From positions 38,130,001 through 38,194,000 of the forward strand of contig NC_079169.1 of NCBI RefSeq assembly GCF_947568905.1: 64,000 nt of DNA, in the 5' to 3' direction. Source of the stretch: Ostrea edulis (lineage: Eukaryota). This document shows positions 63,301 through 64,000 of this stretch, in pieces (the stretch's first letter is position 1; each line of letters opens with the position of its first letter). Both the position numbers and the translations under genes were made by a program. Under the pieces are notes generated by a model. The model saw nothing but the letters and a program-made list of their open reading frames with translations, was not told where the DNA came from and did no database searches.

Positions 63301-63762
63301 TCTCTGGCATATATAACACAGATTATCGACAAACCATTATTGTCCTGGTTGTGTGTGTGGTCATTGGAGGGCCCAGTAAGAGTACTGCTCGTACTACCAC
63401 TGCCAACCAACCAATCAAAATCATCATTCTGTAAATTCACCCAGGTACAGAATGTTTTTGTCTCAAAGTCACAGTTTCCTACAACAGAGTATACATTTAA
63501 AAGTCTGTCACATACGTGCTTATCCATAATGACTTTTATTGTCAACATTTTTTCAACACAATAAATAACCTGGTAATCTACATAGTCCCGGAACAACTGA
63601 CACATCATCAATGGCAATGTCTCCACGGTAACCATTTCCGATAATTCCTTCAAAAGTAATTGTGTAATTGCTGTTTGGTGACTGGACACTGGTCTGCGCT
63701 AGCAACCACTTGTTTCCTTGGTTACCATTTTTGCTCCAAAGTTGTTGAGAATTCGAACCAGT
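1..63762 (-). CDS. MALRD1-like: Giant MAM and LDL-receptor class A domain-containing protein gene (partial at both ends; 54 exons in window, about 6,450 aa, about 36 MAM + 13 LDLa)
   Basis: Recurring MAM motifs (Cx[36 protein letters not shown]...GDIAIDD) and LDLa motifs (C..G.C.....CD...DC.DGSDE) on the minus strand. Exons are bounded by GT-AG and all 53 junctions keep frame (phase 0 or 1). Family-level assignment only; orthology not tested. Confidence 0.95.
9794..10283. mobile_element. Non-autonomous Helentron-type (HINE-like) element, oyster-type family
   Basis: Starts AACAAGAGGCCCAT..CTCACCTGAG. Internal tandem core (GAAGATTTTTAAAGATTTTCCC..CTGGTCCAGTGGTTCT), GACA microsatellite, ends AGAAAAGCTCAGG..GCTAAAA. 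Family recognised from memory, not searched. Confidence 0.6.
10442..10673 (-). CDS. Exon 53 (MAM end + next MAM start)
   Basis: [42 protein letters not shown]; cacacag| ... G|gtaaaac. Confidence 0.9.
10777..10932. mobile_element. Tc1/mariner-like MITE
   Basis: TA|CAGTAAAACATA ... TGTGTTTTACTG|TA: short TIR plus TA duplication. Confidence 0.55.
11046..11775. repeat. 49-nt minisatellite (15 copies) containing the exon 52 end and splice donor
   Basis: Unit AAGACAGTTCTGTTCGCTGACCTGATACAATGCATCACTATAAATAATA; the minus strand contains ATCAG|GTCAGC. Confidence 0.92.
11757..12010 (-). CDS. Exon 52 (MAM core)
   Basis: [25 protein letters not shown]; ttgacag| ... CAG|gtcagc. Confidence 0.9.
12181..12321 (-). 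CDS. Exon 51 (MAM N-terminal part)
   Basis: [21 protein letters not shown]; GT-AG, phase 1-1. Confidence 0.9.
12431..12521 (-). CDS. Exon 50 (MAM end)
   Basis: [30 protein letters not shown]. Confidence 0.9.
12715..14520. repeat. About 33-nt TG-rich minisatellite (about 50 copies) containing the exon 49 donor motif
   Basis: Unit ATGTTCTTTACCTGTGTATTTGTTTGTCTGTGT; minus strand ..ACACAG|GTAAAG; 29- and 35-nt variants. Confidence 0.95.
14504..14628 (-). CDS. Exon 49 (MAM)
   Basis: [31 protein letters not shown]|gtaaaa; donor is the first unit of the 33-nt array. Confidence 0.8.
14792..14950 (-). CDS. Exon 48 (MAM)
   Basis: [33 protein letters not shown]. Confidence 0.9.
15388..15760. repeat. 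35-nt intronic minisatellite (about 10 copies)
   Basis: Unit GGAACATGATCACTAAACGATCCGTCACTCAGTCA. Confidence 0.9.
16115..16267 (-). CDS. Exon 47 (MAM N-terminal part)
   Basis: [27 protein letters not shown]. Confidence 0.9.
16400..16600. repeat. 45-nt tandem repeat (about 4 copies)
   Basis: GGTAAATCTTTTTATAAGATACATGCCCGTCTACACGATTTATAC; period 45 at 16441 and 16486. Confidence 0.8.
17210..17345 (-). CDS. Exon 46 (MAM end + Thr-rich linker)
   Basis: [35 protein letters not shown]. Confidence 0.9.
17868..17998 (-). CDS. Exon 45 (MAM)
   Basis: [27 protein letters not shown]. Confidence 0.88.
18131..18307. mobile_element. Tc1/mariner-like MITE
   Basis: 18-bp TIR with 1 mismatch: CAGTGAAACCTGTCTAAT / ATTAGACAGTTTTCACTG; left flank TA. 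Confidence 0.55.
18345..19200. mobile_element. Non-autonomous Helentron/HINE-like element with about 160-nt internal tandem units
   Basis: About 4 units (GGAGAAGTGTTCACA..GGATCCTCCTGTCC..GCAAATGGCAATGAAG). 3' stem-loop TGTCTCCCC-n-GGGGGGACA followed by TAATT. Left boundary uncertain. Confidence 0.5.
19291..19413 (-). CDS. Exon 44 (MAM)
   Basis: [27 protein letters not shown]. Confidence 0.88.
19775..20006 (-). CDS. Exon 43 (MAM end + next MAM start)
   Basis: [40 protein letters not shown]. Confidence 0.9.
21017..21120. repeat. 40-nt triplication of the exon 42 end and donor
   Basis: TGTTTAGCTCACCTGGAACAC occurs 3 times at period 40. Confidence 0.88.
21109..21374 (-). CDS. Exon 42 (MAM core)
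   Basis: [23 protein letters not shown]|gtgagc. Confidence 0.9.
21880..22085. repeat. 57-nt tandem repeat (about 4 copies)
   Basis: AGAGCAGGGATGTCAAATTTTACAC at 21904, 21961 and 22018. Confidence 0.85.
22412..24861. mobile_element. Putative non-autonomous PIF/Harbinger-like DNA transposon (2.45 kb)
   Basis: TTA|GGACTGTTCCAGAAAT..GGGGGGG and CCCCCCC..ATTTCTGGAATAGCCC|TTA: 14/16 TIR, 3-bp TTA duplication, GG termini; no transposase ORF inside. Confidence 0.55.
24970..25768. mobile_element. Non-autonomous hAT (Ac-like) element (799 bp)
   Basis: TAGGGCTG..CAGCCCTA termini; 8-bp TSD CAGTATTT / GAGTATTT (7/8); subterminal TTCGGTT / AACCGAA repeats. Confidence 0.75.
25844..25981 (-). CDS. Exon 41 (MAM N-terminal part)
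   Basis: [23 protein letters not shown]. Confidence 0.88.
26099..26189 (-). CDS. Exon 40 (MAM end)
   Basis: [30 protein letters not shown]. Confidence 0.9.
26425..26687 (-). CDS. Exon 39 (MAM core)
   Basis: [29 protein letters not shown]. Confidence 0.9.
26879..27013 (-). CDS. Exon 38 (MAM N-terminal part)
   Basis: [19 protein letters not shown]. Confidence 0.88.
27341..27475. repeat. 36/36/33-nt quadruplication of the exon 37 end and donor
   Basis: GCTTACCATTGGCTGATGCATT occurs 4 times. Confidence 0.9.
27452..27581 (-). CDS. Exon 37 (MAM end); alternative in-frame donors to 27416, 27380 and 27347
   Basis: [44 protein letters not shown]|gtaagc. Confidence 0.82.
27978..28111 (-). CDS. Exon 36 (MAM)
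   Basis: [30 protein letters not shown]. Confidence 0.88.
28251..28427. mobile_element. Tc1/mariner-like MITE
   Basis: TA|CAGTAAA...TTTACTG|TA; same terminus as the 10777 element. Confidence 0.45.
28744..29010 (-). CDS. Exon 35 (MAM)
   Basis: [32 protein letters not shown]. Confidence 0.9.
30082..30234 (-). CDS. Exon 34 (Pro/Thr linker + LDLa)
   Basis: [51 protein letters not shown]. Confidence 0.9.
30489..32360. repeat. 27-nt minisatellite (about 1.9 kb) with higher-order structure
   Basis: Unit TGTGTGGAGTCCAGTTAGACAAGACAT with a recurring 26-nt variant (..GTTAAAAAGACAT). Confidence 0.95.
32557..32644 (-). CDS. Exon 33 (MAM end)
   Basis: [29 protein letters not shown]. Confidence 0.9.
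32920..33084 (-). CDS. Exon 32 (MAM)
   Basis: [23 protein letters not shown]. Confidence 0.9.
33282..37709 (+). mobile_element. Full-length decayed Sola-like DNA transposon (4,428 bp) in intron 31
   Basis: 32-bp TIR GATTACCGTCAAGC(G/A)AAAACCACCCTTAAGTG with 1 mismatch; ATAT flanks on both sides (4-bp TSD); internal transposase remnants. Confidence 0.8.
34452..37345 (+). pseudogene. Sola-type DDE transposase pseudogene (stops, frameshifts, apparent introns)
   Basis: Segments [112 protein letters not shown]. Family assignment from remembered motifs. Confidence 0.7.
37982..38238 (-). CDS. Exon 31 (MAM)
   Basis: [41 protein letters not shown]. Confidence 0.9.
38565..38696 (-). CDS. Exon 30 (LDLa)
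   Basis: [44 protein letters not shown]. Confidence 0.9.
38839..38923 (-). CDS. Exon 29 (MAM end)
   Basis: [28 protein letters not shown]. Confidence 0.88.
39423..39553 (-). CDS. Exon 28 (MAM)
   Basis: [44 protein letters not shown]. Confidence 0.9.
40834..41033. other. Assembly gap (200 N)
   Basis: Run of N. Flanking exons 27 and 28 join in phase and give contiguous MAM sequence. Confidence 0.99.
41230..42390. repeat. 26/27-nt minisatellite (about 43 copies)
   Basis: AACCATCCATAACCCTCCTTAACAGTG interspersed with ACAATCTATAACCCTCCTTAACAGTG. Confidence 0.95.
42424..42549 (-). CDS. Exon 27 (MAM)
   Basis: [42 protein letters not shown]. Confidence 0.9.
42669..42806 (-). CDS. Exon 26 (MAM N-terminal part)
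   Basis: [30 protein letters not shown]. Confidence 0.9.
42941..43803. repeat. 40/42-nt minisatellite (about 20 copies) made of the exon 25 LDLa end and donor
   Basis: Minus unit GACTGTTCTAACACAGCTGATGAGGCTGACTGTG|GTAAGT; the 42-nt variant has GTATTAGT. Confidence 0.95.
43769..43885 (-). CDS. Exon 25 (LDLa)
   Basis: [40 protein letters not shown]|gtaagt. Confidence 0.88.
44176..44263 (-). CDS. Exon 24 (MAM end)
   Basis: [29 protein letters not shown]. Confidence 0.88.
44470..46762 (+). mobile_element. 5'-truncated RTE-clade non-LTR retrotransposon (APE C-terminus + RT), inactivated, antisense in intron 23
   Basis: [19 protein letters not shown] (APE), [59 protein letters not shown]. Frameshifts near 45160 and 45800, TGA at 46572, (TAAG)n tail. 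Confidence 0.88.
47197..47459 (-). CDS. Exon 23 (MAM core)
   Basis: [32 protein letters not shown]. Confidence 0.9.
47634..47862 (-). CDS. Exon 22 (MAM end + next MAM start)
   Basis: [39 protein letters not shown]. Confidence 0.9.
47841..47955. repeat. 41-nt triplication of the exon 22 acceptor and first codons
   Basis: ATCACTCCCTCAAACACAATCTGAAATATATC; ATCTG at 47861, 47902 and 47943. Confidence 0.9.
48277..48533 (-). CDS. Exon 21 (MAM core)
   Basis: [25 protein letters not shown]. Confidence 0.9.
48863..49003 (-). CDS. Exon 20 (MAM N-terminal part)
   Basis: [24 protein letters not shown]. Confidence 0.9.
49281..49377 (-). CDS. Exon 19 (MAM end)
   Basis: [32 protein letters not shown]. 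Confidence 0.9.
49520..50015. repeat. CA-rich compound minisatellite just downstream of the exon 18 donor
   Basis: Irregular ACACAGCAACACTT(CC/GT)ACAC and CATAGCAACATTTCTACAC units. Confidence 0.85.
50035..50432 (-). CDS. Exon 18 (MAM)
   Basis: [30 protein letters not shown]. Confidence 0.9.
50460..50800. repeat. 29-nt AT-rich minisatellite (about 12 copies)
   Basis: TTAGAACTAATTATAAATACTTACAATTG. Confidence 0.9.
51284..51341. repeat. (CT)n(CA)n compound microsatellite
   Basis: Read directly from the sequence. Confidence 0.9.
51409..51675 (-). CDS. Exon 17 (MAM end + Ser/Thr/Pro linker)
   Basis: [37 protein letters not shown]. Confidence 0.9.
52095..52449 (-). CDS. Exon 16 (MAM end + next MAM first half)
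   Basis: [42 protein letters not shown]. Confidence 0.9.
52441..52720. repeat. 35-nt minisatellite (8 copies) of the exon 16 acceptor
   Basis: TACAAACATT at 52451, 52486, ... 52696; minus strand GGAAATGTTTGTAG|GTTGTG. Confidence 0.9.
52983..53239 (-). CDS. Exon 15 (MAM core)
   Basis: [25 protein letters not shown]. Confidence 0.9.
53440..53577 (-). CDS. Exon 14 (MAM N-terminal part)
   Basis: [30 protein letters not shown]. Confidence 0.9.
53632..53752. repeat. 30-nt tandem repeat (4 copies) in intron 13
   Basis: GAGGATTTTGAATGACAGTAGCAATGATTG. Confidence 0.88.
53772..53889 (-). CDS. Exon 13 (MAM end)
   Basis: [39 protein letters not shown]. Confidence 0.88.
54105..54482. repeat. Degenerate tandem repeat of about 39 nt
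   Basis: GAGTCCTGACTGATATACTCGCACCCTCCACCACCACC-like units. Confidence 0.8.
54505..55392. mobile_element. Putative non-autonomous TIR DNA transposon (888 bp), hAT-like termini
   Basis: CAGGGGTCCAAATTAAC / GTTAATTTCGATCTCTG (14/17 TIR); CACAA on both flanks; subterminal ACAGGCTAA repeats. Confidence 0.55.
55417..55673 (-). CDS. Exon 12 (MAM core)
   Basis: [33 protein letters not shown]. Confidence 0.9.
56101..56247 (-). CDS. Exon 11 (MAM N-terminal part)
   Basis: [23 protein letters not shown]. Confidence 0.9.
56508..57044 (-). CDS. Exon 10 (one complete MAM in a single exon)
   Basis: [26 protein letters not shown]; ORF 56482..57105. Confidence 0.92.
57133..57223 (-). CDS. Exon 9 (MAM end)
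   Basis: [30 protein letters not shown]. Confidence 0.9.
57444..57868 (-). CDS. Exon 8 (MAM)
   Basis: [37 protein letters not shown]. Confidence 0.9.
57869..58395. repeat. 37-nt minisatellite (about 14 copies) of the exon 8 acceptor region
   Basis: ACACTACAAATAAATGTTGTTACGTGTACATACATAG; minus strand CATTTATTTGTAG|TG. Confidence 0.92.
58586..58945 (-). CDS. Exon 7 (MAM)
   Basis: [41 protein letters not shown]. Confidence 0.9.
59095..59241 (-). CDS. Exon 6 (MAM N-terminal part)
   Basis: [24 protein letters not shown]. Confidence 0.9.
60152..61215. mobile_element. Non-autonomous Helentron-type (HINE-like) element
   Basis: 5' CCCACAGGCCTTATAGGTCACCTGAGTACT occurs 4 times. Internal GGGGTCAGAACCCCTACCCCAGGGATCATC units, GACG-type repeats, 3' ATAGGTCACCTGAGT..CTCAGGTGACCTAAAA. 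Confidence 0.62.
61340..61423 (-). CDS. Exon 5 (Thr/Pro-rich linker)
   Basis: [28 protein letters not shown]; tatgtag| ... G|gtaaac; 84 nt, phase 1-1. Confidence 0.8.
61791..61875 (-). CDS. Exon 4 (MAM end)
   Basis: [28 protein letters not shown]. Confidence 0.88.
61985..62195. repeat. Tandem repeat of about 50 nt (4 copies)
   Basis: GATATCTTAACAAATTGTAATGTAATGCAGCTG at 61991, 62042, 62091 and 62140. Confidence 0.85.
62395..62860. repeat. 30/44-nt minisatellite (14 donor copies) of the exon 3 end and donor
   Basis: Minus unit AGTAATGTACAGTACAAT|GTAAGTATCATC. Confidence 0.92.
62846..63099 (-). CDS. Exon 3 (MAM core)
   Basis: [35 protein letters not shown]|gtaagt. Confidence 0.9.
63335..63478 (-). 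CDS. Exon 2 (MAM N-terminal part)
   Basis: [32 protein letters not shown]. Confidence 0.9.
63570..63762 (-). CDS. Exon 1 in window (MAM C-terminal half; upstream exons lie beyond the window)
   Basis: [47 protein letters not shown]. Acceptor ctatttcag inferred; another in-frame AG lies 30 nt upstream. Confidence 0.8.
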
Positions 63763-64000
63763 CTGAAATAGAATGAGCTGAACGAATACAAGCTGTAATA
63801 TTGATTCAAATAAAAAGCGTTTGTGAAATACTATGCTCCCTCAAACCTGGCCTATTGATCATTGAACTGGATTTTTATCAGTTGCAAACTCATACCTTGA
63901 TATTTAGTTCTTCTTACATGAAGTTTATTGTGATATATTAGTTCAAAAGTCATGATGAAGGTTAAAGTTGCAAACAGACTAAAACTACACCCCACCCCCC

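Overview
Eukaryotic genomic DNA. The repeat families suggest a bivalve, probably an oyster (inference). The whole window lies inside one giant minus-strand gene encoding a MAM + LDL-receptor class A repeat protein (MALRD1/MLRP-like), open at both window ends. I traced 53 small GT-AG exons (63762 down to 10442; 9,925 nt; every junction phase-consistent) followed by one uninterrupted exon of at least 9,454 nt (9454 to 1). Together these give about 6,450 codons, about 36 MAM domains (2 partial) and 13 LDLa domains. The protein is built from a higher-order repeat: a 3xLDLa+9xMAM block occurs once split into about 30 exons over about 35 kb and once completely intronless. About a dozen splice junctions have themselves been tandemly amplified into minisatellites carrying 2 to about 50 extra donor or acceptor copies. 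Introns also hold a full-length decayed Sola-like DNA transposon, a 5'-truncated RTE-clade LINE, hAT-, Harbinger- and mariner-like non-autonomous elements, Helentron-type (HINE) elements, other minisatellites and a 200-N assembly gap. No RNA genes or CRISPR arrays were seen.
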